Assembly (NCBI GenBank): GCA_036170475.1
Contig: JAVHPE010000126.1
Coordinates: 3,999-67,998 of the forward strand
DNA: 64,000 nt
Direction: 5' to 3'
Source: Bacteroidia bacterium
GTDB taxonomy: Bacteria; Bacteroidota; Bacteroidia; 2-12-FULL-35-15
Numbering within the stretch: position 1 is the first letter of the stretch; each line of letters begins with the position of its first letter. A program made the position numbers and the translations under genes. The notes under the pieces were generated by a model that was not told the DNA's origin, searched no databases, and saw only the letters and a list, made by a program, of their open reading frames with translations. This document shows positions 1-9,780 of this stretch, piece by piece.

Positions 1-226
1 TGAAATATACGGACACACGGATAATGTTGGTAATGATAATTCTAACCTCGCCCTCTCAACCGACAGGGCATTCACTGTTCTCGATTTACTACAAAATAAA
101 GGGATAGACAAGAATCGGTTGATCGCCTTTAAAGGTTTTGGAGCGACGCAACCTATTGCAGATAATAATACTGATGCAGGCAGGGCAAAAAACAGGAGAA
201 CGGAATTTGCAATTGTTGGCAAATAA
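1..226 (+). CDS. OmpA-family peptidoglycan-binding domain protein, C-terminal fragment (5' end outside window)
   Basis: Frame-2 translation reads ...GHTDNVGNDNSNLALSTDRAFTVLDLLQNKGIDKNRLIAFKGFGATQPIADNNTDAGRAKNRRTEFAIVGK*. This matches the OmpA C-terminal domain pattern (TD..G....N..LS..RA..V ... NRR.E). Not in the ORF table because the 5' end is missing. Confidence 0.8.
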   Translation, partial: EIYGHTDNVGNDNSNLALSTDRAFTVLDLLQNKGIDKNRLIAFKGFGATQPIADNNTDAGRAKNRRTEFAIVGK

Positions 227-261
227 AATTACTGATCATTTACGGAAATATTGCAAAAATG

Positions 262-771
262 TTATCTGTTACCAGTTCTTGTTTTATAATACTCCTTATC
301 CGCTATATAGATGGTTTTAATTACTTCGGCATAAATTATTCCATTTTCATCCTGAAAGTTTGTTATCAGATCCAGAGAATATTTTTTGTCGGATTTTACT
401 TTTGTTATAATATCCTCTAAAATCTCATCGGTTATTAAAAATCTTGCAAATACATTTTTTTTAATTGGTTTTAAAAATTTTATGGTAGCCGATTTGTCCC
501 AAACCACATAATTCTTCCCAAGAATGTTAATTAGCTGAACCATAAACATAGGGTCTAATGCGCCATAAATGCTACCTCCGAATACGGAACCCACATAGTT
601 CTTTGTTTTCCATGTAAGTCCGAGAGTGATGTGAATATCCCGCCAATCCTCAGATAAAAAATAAACACGTGCTCCAGTACGCCTATATGCCGGAAAAAAA
701 TTAAATGCTATACGCATTAATTTTGATTTGATATTTTCTTTTTTATCTGTTTTGAAAATTGTTCTTCTCAT
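262..771 (-). CDS. hotdog-fold (DUF4442/YiiD_C-like) putative thioesterase
   Basis: 169-aa ORF, and the length and GGSIYGALDPMFMVQL region are reminiscent of DUF4442-type hotdog proteins. Family assignment is from memory only. Confidence 0.35.
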   Translation of the reverse strand: MRRTIFKTDKKENIKSKLMRIAFNFFPAYRRTGARVYFLSEDWRDIHITLGLTWKTKNYVGSVFGGSIYGALDPMFMVQLINILGKNYVVWDKSATIKFLKPIKKNVFARFLITDEILEDIITKVKSDKKYSLDLITNFQDENGIIYAEVIKTIYIADKEYYKTRTGNR

Positions 772-1160
772 TTTTTTTCGCTTTATTTAATACTAAATTA
801 TTGCCACTCTGCATGATTTATTCATTTAAAATAAAGGATTAGCGAGCCTTAGCACCTGTACAAATTAATTTCAACAAAGATAATTAAAAGAACAAAATCT
901 AAAATCTTCTGCAAATCTAAAGTTTGTAGCCAATTATAATAGGTAGATTACTTGTTTTTATTTATATTTCACAACTGATTTAGAAAAAAACAATAGTCCA
1001 AATTATAGGCAATACTTTTGTTCATAAAAGATGATTAATATATTTTTGTTTTTGCACTATAAAAAATATTTTTGACCTTTACATGCTAAATTTAGCCTAA
1101 AAACTGATAGAAAAAATCTTCGTACAAAAAACTGAATATTATAAAAAAAAAACGACAATA

Positions 1161-3635
1161 ATGTTAAATCAAAATAAACACCAACAGTATTTTTCAACGG
1201 AAAAGGTTACTATCAGTAACAAAAAAAGGCTCAGAAAAAATGCCCTTATTTTATTTATCGCATTTTCATCTTTGACGACTTTCGCGCAAAAAAAAGCGAC
1301 AACTGAATCAGAACCTCAAACAGAGACCGATGTGGATATTACCGCCAAACTGATACTTGATGGAATAAATAAAATACGGACAGAAAATTATACTGATTCG
1401 CTTGAATTTAATGAAATGCTTGCAAAAGCCAGTACCATTCAGTCGGAGAATATGGCGGAAAAAGGAAAGGCTATTTTGGAGAACAGTAAAGGGAAATATA
1501 AAACTACAGCAAAACGTGTGATTGCTATGGGTGGGACTAAAAATGCGGAAGAGTTGGTTTTGTGTTTAGCAACTGTAAAAGATAAGAAACAATTATCGCC
1601 GGAAGAACTTGCTGAAGCGGCGATTTTAAAATGGAAAACGGGAAAAAAGGAGCAAATTATTATTAAAAATGGAAATTATGTGTATGCAAGTCCTACTGTT
1701 AAGCTTGATGAAACAGGTAAAAAAATGTATATCTCAGTAGTTTTTGGAAGTTTCAACACATTCAATCCTGGAGTTAAAAAAAGGAAAGAGTTGAAAGTTC
1801 GGTTCACTAAAAAAAATAAAAAAATAAAAACCTCGGAGGATAAGGAATGTAAAAATTGTGAAAAATTCAAAGATTATGAAGGTTTGATGAATGGATTGTA
1901 TTTAGAAAATGGAAAAATATTTTTTAAATATGATAACCTTAAAGCATTAACACAATTGATTTCAAAATCCGGAGATGGACTAGCTGTCGACATTATACAA
2001 CGTGCACAATATGAAAAACCTGATTATAATATCCTTAACAATAATTTATTGAGCAAAGGGGTGCTGACGAAAACTGTTACCCTGTCAAAAATGTTAAGTA
2101 AAAACCGAATCCAACCAGAAAAAAAAGGCGGAAAAGTTGCTAAGGTAGATGTACAAATAGGCAAACTCCCTAAAGGGCTTTTAACAGATAGTACTTATGA
2201 AATAAATTTACTTGTTGTTCAGAATGGGAAATTATGTAAAACATTGATACGATCCTACATCGAGCAAGGCGACCAAAACTCAACCACTACACTTAAAATG
2301 CTTTTGATGCCCGATAGCGTAGCGTATTTAAAACCCTTATTCTCGCCTAAATCAGATGATGCCTTATTGAATTTTACCCTTCCCTTTGAAAAAAATAAAT
2401 TTGAGTATAAAGAAGCGGATATCTTACCCTTCTTAAATGCCTTACAAGAACCAGACTTTATTATTAGCGGGCTTTATATTACCGCCTATTCATCCATTGA
2501 AGGAGATGCAGAATCGAATATAAAACTTCAAAAAAAACGTTCAGAAAGCATCATTAAAGCGTTGGCAAATCTTCAAAAGGATAGCGTTGTAACCACAATA
2601 AAAACAAACGATTCATGGTCGCTTTTTCAAATGAGTATGGAAGGCGGAAAATATGATACATTGACTAAAATGACTAAGGAACAAGCAATTCATGAAATTA
2701 ATACGAAACCCGGACTGTCCGATTCGCTAGAACCATATTTGGCGAAACAACGTTTTGGTGAAATAATTATGGATGTAACCTATGATATCAGTGGACCCAA
2801 GGAAAAAAAATTTTCAGTTAGTAAATTTAATCAGGCTGCAAAAAAAGGAGATATCAAACTAGCGTATAAAATTCAATACTATATTGGTAAACAAATTCGT
2901 GGAAAAAAATACACTCCTGATGCATTCACTAAAATGGAAATTCCTAATGATGCGAAATATTCAGGAGTACTGAATAATCAAGTGGTATTGCGTTATATGA
3001 ACAATAATTATGCGATTGAAGCTGAAGATAATAAAGAAATGAAAAAACTTTCCGCCCTTGACCCTGCAAACAATTACATAGCTTTTAATTCCATTTTATG
3101 TGCTATAAAGTTAGATTCTGCCATTGGTAATAAAAAAGAAATAGCAGCTATGCAAAATCGAATTGATGCGCTTTACAAAAGTGAATTACAAAAAAAATAT
3201 ATTGATGCATTAAATATAGAATGGCAGTTTAAAATTATTGACGCTATGGATACAGTAGTAGGTGCAGAGCCTATAATCCAAGCCTGCACAGAAAAAGTAA
3301 AATCGTTTTATAATTTGAAAGAAGCAACCTGGCAAAACAACTTAAAACTTTCCTACATATTTGCCCGCTTCAAAGATTATAAATTTGCATCCAACTTATT
3401 AGCCGACTTTATTAAACAGGATAAAACAAATGAACAAGTATTATTTGCATACATCTCCTATTGTGCCCAAATGCCTGAATTAATTAAGTCACGCATATTT
3501 GTAACTGCACTTGAAAAAGCGGAGAAAACTAACCACGAACGCTATTGTAAATTATTTGGAGAACCTTATTTATCTTTCCAGGTTTTTGATAATCCTTTTG
3601 TTAAAGAAGATTATATTAAATTGAAGTGCAACTAA
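1161..3635 (+). CDS. hypothetical Lys-rich secreted protein (824 aa) with an internal OmpA-like segment
   Basis: Long ORF with an N-terminal hydrophobic signal-like segment (ALILFIAFSSLTTFAQKK). An internal stretch, ITAYSSIEGDAESNIKLQKKRSESIIKAL, resembles the OmpA-domain core (GhTD..G....N..LS..RA..V). The C-terminal third is helical and repeat-like. Confidence 0.45.
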   Translation: MLNQNKHQQYFSTEKVTISNKKRLRKNALILFIAFSSLTTFAQKKATTESEPQTETDVDITAKLILDGINKIRTENYTDSLEFNEMLAKASTIQSENMAEKGKAILENSKGKYKTTAKRVIAMGGTKNAEELVLCLATVKDKKQLSPEELAEAAILKWKTGKKEQIIIKNGNYVYASPTVKLDETGKKMYISVVFGSFNTFNPGVKKRKELKVRFTKKNKKIKTSEDKECKNCEKFKDYEGLMNGLYLENGKIFFKYDNLKALTQLISKSGDGLAVDIIQRAQYEKPDYNILNNNLLSKGVLTKTVTLSKMLSKNRIQPEKKGGKVAKVDVQIGKLPKGLLTDSTYEINLLVVQNGKLCKTLIRSYIEQGDQNSTTTLKMLLMPDSVAYLKPLFSPKSDDALLNFTLPFEKNKFEYKEADILPFLNALQEPDFIISGLYITAYSSIEGDAESNIKLQKKRSESIIKALANLQKDSVVTTIKTNDSWSLFQMSMEGGKYDTLTKMTKEQAIHEINTKPGLSDSLEPYLAKQRFGEIIMDVTYDISGPKEKKFSVSKFNQAAKKGDIKLAYKIQYYIGKQIRGKKYTPDAFTKMEIPNDAKYSGVLNNQVVLRYMNNNYAIEAEDNKEMKKLSALDPANNYIAFNSILCAIKLDSAIGNKKEIAAMQNRIDALYKSELQKKYIDALNIEWQFKIIDAMDTVVGAEPIIQACTEKVKSFYNLKEATWQNNLKLSYIFARFKDYKFASNLLADFIKQDKTNEQVLFAYISYCAQMPELIKSRIFVTALEKAEKTNHERYCKLFGEPYLSFQVFDNPFVKEDYIKLKCN

Positions 3636-3637
3636 TA

Positions 3638-4102
3638 TTATTTTCTCTTCATCATCCAAAAAAGTATCAAACCAATAATCAATACGATTGGTAAAAGCAC
3701 AGCCCAGAATGAAAACACTATTACAGGATGATTATAACTGAATTCTTCTGTAAAAATAGTTAAGACATTATCCTCATTAAATTTTTTCTTAAAACTCGCT
3801 TCACCATGAATAAATGTTAGCTGTTTCTCCTCACCGTTGATGATAAAATTTATTTTATTTTTATTAAATAACAGGCGGGTATGCTCAGTATTTTTGAATT
3901 TTACTTTTATTTCAGTCTCTGTGAAGGAAAAAATTAACAAAGGAATAGAAACTTCAATATCATCATTATTGATACGAGCAATAATCAAAGAATTATCGAC
4001 ATTCGTATTATTTTCGCTACCACTATCATCAATTCTGGCGAAGGAACAAAATGATAAAAAACAAAACGTTAAAAATAGTAATGCAAAACGTAAATCTCTC
4101 AT
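3638..4102 (-). CDS. hypothetical membrane-anchored protein (signal peptide plus C-terminal TM helix)
   Basis: 154-aa ORF. N-terminus LRFALLFLTFCFLSFCSFA, C-terminus FSFWAVLLPIVLIIGLILFWMMKRK. Confidence 0.4.
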   Translation of the reverse strand: MRDLRFALLFLTFCFLSFCSFARIDDSGSENNTNVDNSLIIARINNDDIEVSIPLLIFSFTETEIKVKFKNTEHTRLLFNKNKINFIINGEEKQLTFIHGEASFKKKFNEDNVLTIFTEEFSYNHPVIVFSFWAVLLPIVLIIGLILFWMMKRK

Positions 4103-4634
4103 GGTTCAATAAAAATTTGTCGGCAAATATAATTGTTTTTAAAATGCTTCAGCAAATTTTTAATAAATACTAAAAAAGAAACGCAAACAACGGTTCACCC
4201 AATTTAACTAGTCATTCGTACTCGGCAATTAGTCGTTAATTTTTCTTTATTGGTCATCCTTTCTTAATTTATTACTCTCTAAAACAATGAAAAAAGTTCA
4301 GCATAATAATCAATTTAACAATCCTTTCTCTACCAATTTGGCGGTAAAAAATTATTAAAAAATTAAATTGAGTACACATTATGACATTTGTTAATCCATA
4401 ACTTTTGCTTCCGGATAACGCTCCTGCCAAGACTTTACCGCATACATACTACGAACTGTTACTGTAGTTTTGCTGTCTAACCGTATCTTTATTTTAGGAC
4501 GGTTATCTAAAATTATTTTTTTTGTTCTCATGATTTTTGTCTTTTCTATACATAAACACACTATTATAAATTATTATAGAAGGGTTAATTAATTTTTAAA
4601 TAGCCAGTTACGAAGCAGTAGCCAGACGATTAAT

Positions 4635-7268
4635 TTATTTTACTTTTTCCTTTTTAATTTTTTTATCCGATTCAATAGGATTTCGAAAAACAAATTCCTT
4701 GTTAAATAAATCCAAGACAATCTGCGAATTTTTCTGAACCTTGCCTGCTAAAATTTGTTTTGAAAGTTCATTCAATACACGCTTCTGCATAACCCGTTTG
4801 ATAGGTCTTGCGCCAAATTGAGGATCATAACCAAGTTGAGCTAACCAATCAATAGCGTCAGGTGTAGCAGTAATATAAATGTCATTTTCTTCCAGCATTT
4901 TAGCAACTCCATTGAATTGCAGTTCAACAATATGATGCACATCCTTCCTGTTAAGAGGAGTAAACATAATGGTTTCATCAATTCTATTTAAAAATTCAGG
5001 GCGCAAAGTTTTCTTCAATAGTTCGAATACTTCGATTTTTGTCCTGGCCATTATTTCATCTTTATTTTTTTCATTCATCTTTTCAAAATTTTCTTGAATA
5101 AGATGCGATCCCATATTAGATGTCATTATGATGATGGTGTTTTTAAAATTCACGATACGTCCTTTGTTATCGGTTAATCGTCCATCATCCAGCACTTGAA
5201 GCAATATATTAAATACATCAGGATGTGCTTTTTCTATTTCATCAAGCAGAACAACACTGTATGGTTTTCTGCGAACTGCTTCGGTTAACTGCCCGCCTTC
5301 TTCATAACCAACATACCCTGGAGGAGCTCCAACCAAGCGACTCACAGAGTGTCGCTCCTGATATTCACTCATATCAATGCGGGTCATACTATTTTCATTG
5401 TTAAATAAAAATTCAGCTAATGCCTTTGCTAACTCTGTTTTCCCAACACCTGTTGTACCAAGAAAAATGAATGAACCAATAGGTCGTTTTGTATCCTGTA
5501 ACCCGGCGCGACTTCTACGAACCGCATCACTGATAGCTTCTATGGCTTCATTTTGTCCTACCACACGTTTATGTAATTCATCTTCGAGATGCAGTAATTT
5601 TTCACGTTCACTTTGTAACATTCTGGAAACAGGAATACCAGTCCAGCTGGCAATAACACTGGCAATATCTTCACTATCCACTTCCTCCTTTATCATCTGT
5701 GAGCCGCTTTCTTTCATAAGGGCTAATTTATTTTCAAACACTTTCAATTCTTTTTCGGCTTCCTGCATTTTCCCATAACGTATCTCGGCAACTTTACCAT
5801 AATCCCCGCTACGTTCAGCTTGTTCAGCTTCAAATTTTAAATTTTCAATTTTTTCCTTCACTTTTTGAATGCCATCCACCACATCTTTTTCGCCCTGCCA
5901 TTTGGCCCGCAAATCGGTACGTTGATCAGCCAATTCAGCAATTTCTTTATTCAAATCTTCCAATTTTTTCTTATCATTCTCACGTTTTATTGCTTCACGT
6001 TCAATTTCCAGCTGCCGAATTTTACGTTCCAGGACATCCAATTCAATTGGCATAGAGTTGATTTGCATTCGTAATTTTGATGCTGCTTCATCCATTAAAT
6101 CAATGGCTTTATCCGGAAGGAAACGATCATTTATATAACGTTGCGAAAGTTCAACAGCAGAAATAATAGCTTCATCTTTAATACGTACTTTATGATGAGC
6201 TTCATATTTTTCTTTGATACCGCGCAAAATGGAAATAGCATCTTCGGCACTTGGTTCGTCAACCATCACCTTTTGAAAACGTCTTTCAAGTGCTTTATCC
6301 TTTTCAAAATACTTTTGAAACTCACTTAATGTTGTTGCACCAATGGCACGTAATTCGCCACGTGCCAAAGCTGGTTTAAGAATGTTTGCAGCATCCATGG
6401 CACCTTCACCTCCGCCAGCACCAACAAGCGTATGAATTTCATCAATGAATAAAATTATTTCTCCTTCTGCTCCAATTACCTCTTTAACTACTGATTTTAA
6501 ACGCTCTTCAAACTCTCCTTTATATTTTGCACCGGCAATTAATGCGCCCATATCCAATGAAAATATTTGTTTGGATTTTAAATTTTCAGGAACATCACCA
6601 TTAACGATGCGATGCGCCAACCCCTCAGCGATAGCGGTTTTACCAACACCCGGTTCACCAACTAAAATAGGGTTGTTTTTGGTTCTTCGAGATAATATTT
6701 GCAAAACTCTTCTTATCTCTTCATCCCTGCCAATGACAGGATCCAGCTTTCCTTTTTTTGCCTGCTCATTGAGATTAATGGCAAATTTGTTGAGAGAATT
6801 GTATGTATCTTCCGCGGTTTGACTGGTTACCTTAGCTCCTTTTCGGAGTTCAGTAATGGCAGTTTTCAGGTCTTTTTCATTAACACCATTATCTTTAAGC
6901 AATTGTGAGATAGTATCCTTTGTAGAAAGAATAGCAAGCAATAAATGTTCAATAGAAACATATTCATCACCAAATTCTTTCAAATAAGTAGATGCCTTTG
7001 AAATAGCCTGGTTGGCACTGTTAGATAAAAAAGGCTGGCCACCGGAAACTTTCGGATATCCTTCAACAATTTTATCTAAAGCCAAAGAAAACATCTGAGT
7101 GTTTACATTTAGTTTCTTAAGAATAAAGGGGGTTACGTTTTCATCTACCTCCAGAATACCTTTTAAAATATGCCCGTTTTCGATGTATTGTTGCCCGTTA
7201 ACTGTAGCAATCTGCATGGCATGCTGAACAGCTTCCTGCGATTTTATTGTAAAGTTATTTAGATTCAT
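4635..7268 (-). CDS. clpB: ATP-dependent chaperone ClpB
   Basis: MNLNNFTIKSQEAVQHAMQIATVNGQQYIENGHIL is the Clp N-domain. Two AAA+ modules are present (GEPGVGKTAIAEGLA and LGTTGVGKTELAKALA), separated by a long coiled-coil middle domain, with a sensor-2 GARPIKR motif. Start moved to the second in-frame ATG (MNLNN...), which matches ClpB N-termini. Confidence 0.95.
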   Translation of the reverse strand: MNLNNFTIKSQEAVQHAMQIATVNGQQYIENGHILKGILEVDENVTPFILKKLNVNTQMFSLALDKIVEGYPKVSGGQPFLSNSANQAISKASTYLKEFGDEYVSIEHLLLAILSTKDTISQLLKDNGVNEKDLKTAITELRKGAKVTSQTAEDTYNSLNKFAINLNEQAKKGKLDPVIGRDEEIRRVLQILSRRTKNNPILVGEPGVGKTAIAEGLAHRIVNGDVPENLKSKQIFSLDMGALIAGAKYKGEFEERLKSVVKEVIGAEGEIILFIDEIHTLVGAGGGEGAMDAANILKPALARGELRAIGATTLSEFQKYFEKDKALERRFQKVMVDEPSAEDAISILRGIKEKYEAHHKVRIKDEAIISAVELSQRYINDRFLPDKAIDLMDEAASKLRMQINSMPIELDVLERKIRQLEIEREAIKRENDKKKLEDLNKEIAELADQRTDLRAKWQGEKDVVDGIQKVKEKIENLKFEAEQAERSGDYGKVAEIRYGKMQEAEKELKVFENKLALMKESGSQMIKEEVDSEDIASVIASWTGIPVSRMLQSEREKLLHLEDELHKRVVGQNEAIEAISDAVRRSRAGLQDTKRPIGSFIFLGTTGVGKTELAKALAEFLFNNENSMTRIDMSEYQERHSVSRLVGAPPGYVGYEEGGQLTEAVRRKPYSVVLLDEIEKAHPDVFNILLQVLDDGRLTDNKGRIVNFKNTIIIMTSNMGSHLIQENFEKMNEKNKDEIMARTKIEVFELLKKTLRPEFLNRIDETIMFTPLNRKDVHHIVELQFNGVAKMLEENDIYITATPDAIDWLAQLGYDPQFGARPIKRVMQKRVLNELSKQILAGKVQKNSQIVLDLFNKEFVFRNPIESDKKIKKEKVK

Positions 7269-7289
7269 ATTTTTATTTGTTACCTCACC

Positions 7290-7322
7290 CTTAATCCCTC
7301 TCCCAAGCAAGGAGAGGGGCAA
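7290..7322 (-). promoter_or_regulatory. perfect GC-rich stem-loop in the clpB 5' leader, also downstream of the convergently read 142-aa gene
   Basis: CCCTCTCC-caagcaa-GGAGAGGG, an 8-bp perfect stem, lying 22-50 nt upstream of the clpB ATG in otherwise AT-rich DNA. Confidence 0.4.
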
Positions 7323-7358
7323 TTGGTGATATTGTTAAATTGCATATTGTAAAATTGC

Positions 7359-7787
7359 TTAATTGATTATTCCTTTGCTAAATTTTATTTTTTCAATTTT
7401 ATTTTTTCTTTCTAATGAAAATGTTTTTTCAGTTTGATCTATATAATTGAAAATTATTAATACTTTTTGATACAATTTTTTTGCTTTCTCAATTTCCTTT
7501 TTTTGTTCAAACAGTTCTGCTGTGGCATAAATTATATCCCCCACATAACTTAAATGGGCAGAACTTAGTTTTTTTTCCTTTACTAATGTTTCAATAAAAT
7601 TTTCCAACGGAAGAGAAAATATTTTTTCAATATCTAAATCAAATGAATTTTTAAGAGTTTCCTGCAACAATGTAATACCTTCATTTACCATTCCCCTTTC
7701 CTTCAATTTCAGCATATCAGAAATCACTTTACCAATAGTGCGTCCCAATTCTTCCAGTTGGCGTTTTATAAAATCACGTTGTATCAT
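7359..7787 (-). CDS. hypothetical protein
   Basis: 142-aa ORF with a reasonable codon pattern and no family recognised. Confidence 0.4.
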   Translation of the reverse strand: MIQRDFIKRQLEELGRTIGKVISDMLKLKERGMVNEGITLLQETLKNSFDLDIEKIFSLPLENFIETLVKEKKLSSAHLSYVGDIIYATAELFEQKKEIEKAKKLYQKVLIIFNYIDQTEKTFSLERKNKIEKIKFSKGIIN

Positions 7788-8208
7788 TATTTTAATTTTA
7801 CCAATCTGTTGCCTTTAAATAAGAATATTTTTAAAATACATTAACCACGCCCCTACTTTTTATTTTGCTTGAGTTGGTATCACACAATGTCATTCCCACA
7901 ATCAGATTATTAGGTCGGGCTGAATTGTGGATTAAGAAGAAATTAGAATCCAATACCAGACATTATATATTTATGCTCTGTAAGGTACAAATTTATTCCA
8001 AGACAAAAAATGATTTTTAACAGAGAAAAAAATGCTCTTAAGCAGACGAAATGGCGGGAATTCTTTTTAATAAATGACGCTTTGGCTATATCGGGTAATA
8101 GATCAGGAATAAAAAAATGATTGGTGAGCGTTTAACCAACCATGGCCAATATGTCTTCGGTCAGTTGATTTATGAAAACTGTTTTCATTTATTATCCTTC
8201 CTGATTCT

Positions 8209-8538
8209 TTAATTCATTATTAATTTTGGTAGTTCAGTTGAAACGCTATTTTGGAAAGCCAATTCGAAAAACTCAGGTTTCATATAATTTATCAATGGAA
8301 ACGAAGAAATGATCTCTCTGGCTTTTGTTTCTGATTTTGCGGAAACAGTAACCCACAATTTTGAACGATCTATTGCTAAAGCATATTGAAGTATCTTACA
8401 ATCCGCCATCAATTCTTCTATTTTCGCCCGTTGATTGGGAATTAATGAAATAAATCCTTTCGTTAATTCCTTTGGCAATTGAATCATTATCATGTATGTT
8501 TTCATTTTGTAGAAATTTAATTTCATAACTAATGTCAC
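8209..8538 (-). CDS. small protein, possibly muconolactone delta-isomerase-like
   Basis: The pattern ...RAKIEELMADCKILQYALAIDRSKLWVTV...FPLINYMKPEFFEL resembles MLI-family spacing (…LWRI…LPLFPYMDIEV). The true start is probably an internal Met (MKTYMIMIQ...). Confidence 0.3.
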   Translation of the reverse strand: MTLVMKLNFYKMKTYMIMIQLPKELTKGFISLIPNQRAKIEELMADCKILQYALAIDRSKLWVTVSAKSETKAREIISSFPLINYMKPEFFELAFQNSVSTELPKLIMN

Positions 8539-8582
8539 ATAATGCCCGGTGGAGCGTTGTGTAACATCAGTTATAAGGTAAT

Positions 8583-9134
8583 TTATTTGGGTGTAACAAT
8601 CTCAATTTCTGCCTGAAGTTTAACCACTTTTCCAACCATCGCATTACCTGCCTCAAGCAATGTATTCCAGTTTAGACCAAAATCAAACCGGTCAATTGAG
8701 CCTTCAATAGTAAATCCTGCACGAATATTCCCCCATGGATCAATAAGCTGTCCGCCATAATTCACTTTAAATTCAATAGATTTTGTGATTCCTTTAAGTG
8801 TAATATCCCCCTCAAGCTTATAATCTTCATCGTTTATTTTAGTCATTGATTTTGATACAAATTTGATGGTCGAATATTTTTCCACATCAAAAAAATCAGC
8901 ACTACGCAGATGATTATCTCTATCTATAGAGGATGTGTTAATACTTTTCACATCGATTTCGAGTTCAATTTTCGCAGCAGAAAATTCAGATCCATTTGTT
9001 TCAACCTTTACGGTGTAATTTGTAAACGATCCTTTTGCCTGAGAGATTACCATGTGCTTAACTGAAAATTGGATATTTGAGTGTGTTTGGTCCAGTGACC
9101 ATACTTTCACATCATTTTTTGTCATTGTTTCCAT
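8583..9134 (-). CDS. YceI-family polyisoprenoid-binding protein
   Basis: 183 aa. VWSLDQTHSNIQFSVKHMVISQAKGSFTNY...GDITLKGITKSIEF has the typical YceI layout. Confidence 0.7.
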   Translation of the reverse strand: METMTKNDVKVWSLDQTHSNIQFSVKHMVISQAKGSFTNYTVKVETNGSEFSAAKIELEIDVKSINTSSIDRDNHLRSADFFDVEKYSTIKFVSKSMTKINDEDYKLEGDITLKGITKSIEFKVNYGGQLIDPWGNIRAGFTIEGSIDRFDFGLNWNTLLEAGNAMVGKVVKLQAEIEIVTPK

Positions 9135-9213
9135 TTTTTTTATTTTTTTAAGTTTAATTATTATTTATCAGTCTATACAAATAATGTACCAACATACATT
9201 TATTAAAAAATTT

Positions 9214-9663
9214 TTAACTTCTTATTTTATCTAAAAGCAAATTGATTTGTTCCGCTTCTTTTTTTGACACTTTTTTTAGTTCATTAATAAAATTATCCTC
9301 CTGTGTATCTAATTCTGTTAACAAATCCAACCCTTTTTTTGTTATCACAACATTTACTGCCCTTCTATCATCGGAGCTAACTGCACGGTCAACTAACTTT
9401 TTCACTCTTAATTTTTCAACCAAACGTGAAGCATTAGAGTTTTTATCAAGCATACGGTCAATTAATAAATTAACTGTTGCCGGTTTTGGGTGTTGCCCGC
9501 GAAGAATCCTCAAAATATTAAATTGCTGTGTGGATATGCCAAAAGGCTTTAACTTGCCAGCATGTTTTGAACTTAACCAACCACATGTAAATAATATATT
9601 CACGAGCATTTTTTGATGCTCATTTTTAAATTTTGCTTGTTTTATTTCCTGCCCGATTTTCAT
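9214..9663 (-). CDS. MarR-family transcriptional regulator
   Basis: Winged-helix core ISTQQFNILRILRGQHPKPATVNLLIDRMLDKNSNASRLVEKLRVKKLVDRAVSSDDRRAVNVVITKKG. Start set at MKIGQEIK. Confidence 0.8.
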   Translation of the reverse strand: MKIGQEIKQAKFKNEHQKMLVNILFTCGWLSSKHAGKLKPFGISTQQFNILRILRGQHPKPATVNLLIDRMLDKNSNASRLVEKLRVKKLVDRAVSSDDRRAVNVVITKKGLDLLTELDTQEDNFINELKKVSKKEAEQINLLLDKIRS

Positions 9664-9780
9664 TTCATTTATATTAATAGTACAAAGATATAAAATTTTA
9701 AATACAAACACACTATATGTATATACATTTATTTTAATTATTCGGGTAACCCAATTCCATCCTGTATTATTTCACACAAA

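Noticed and set aside
4384-4521. 45-codon minus-strand ORF (MRTKKIILDNRPKIKIRLDSKTTVTVRSMYAVKSWQERYPEAKVMD) downstream of clpB
   Set aside because: Too short and unrecognised to call. Could be a genuine small protein but there is no support from sequence alone.
5377-6908. Plus-strand ORFs (5377-5778, 5865-6074, 6141-6329, 6445-6822, 6699-6908) inside clpB
   Set aside because: They are antisense to a high-confidence ClpB coding sequence. Their composition is low-complexity (S/F/L/N-rich) and there is no family resemblance.
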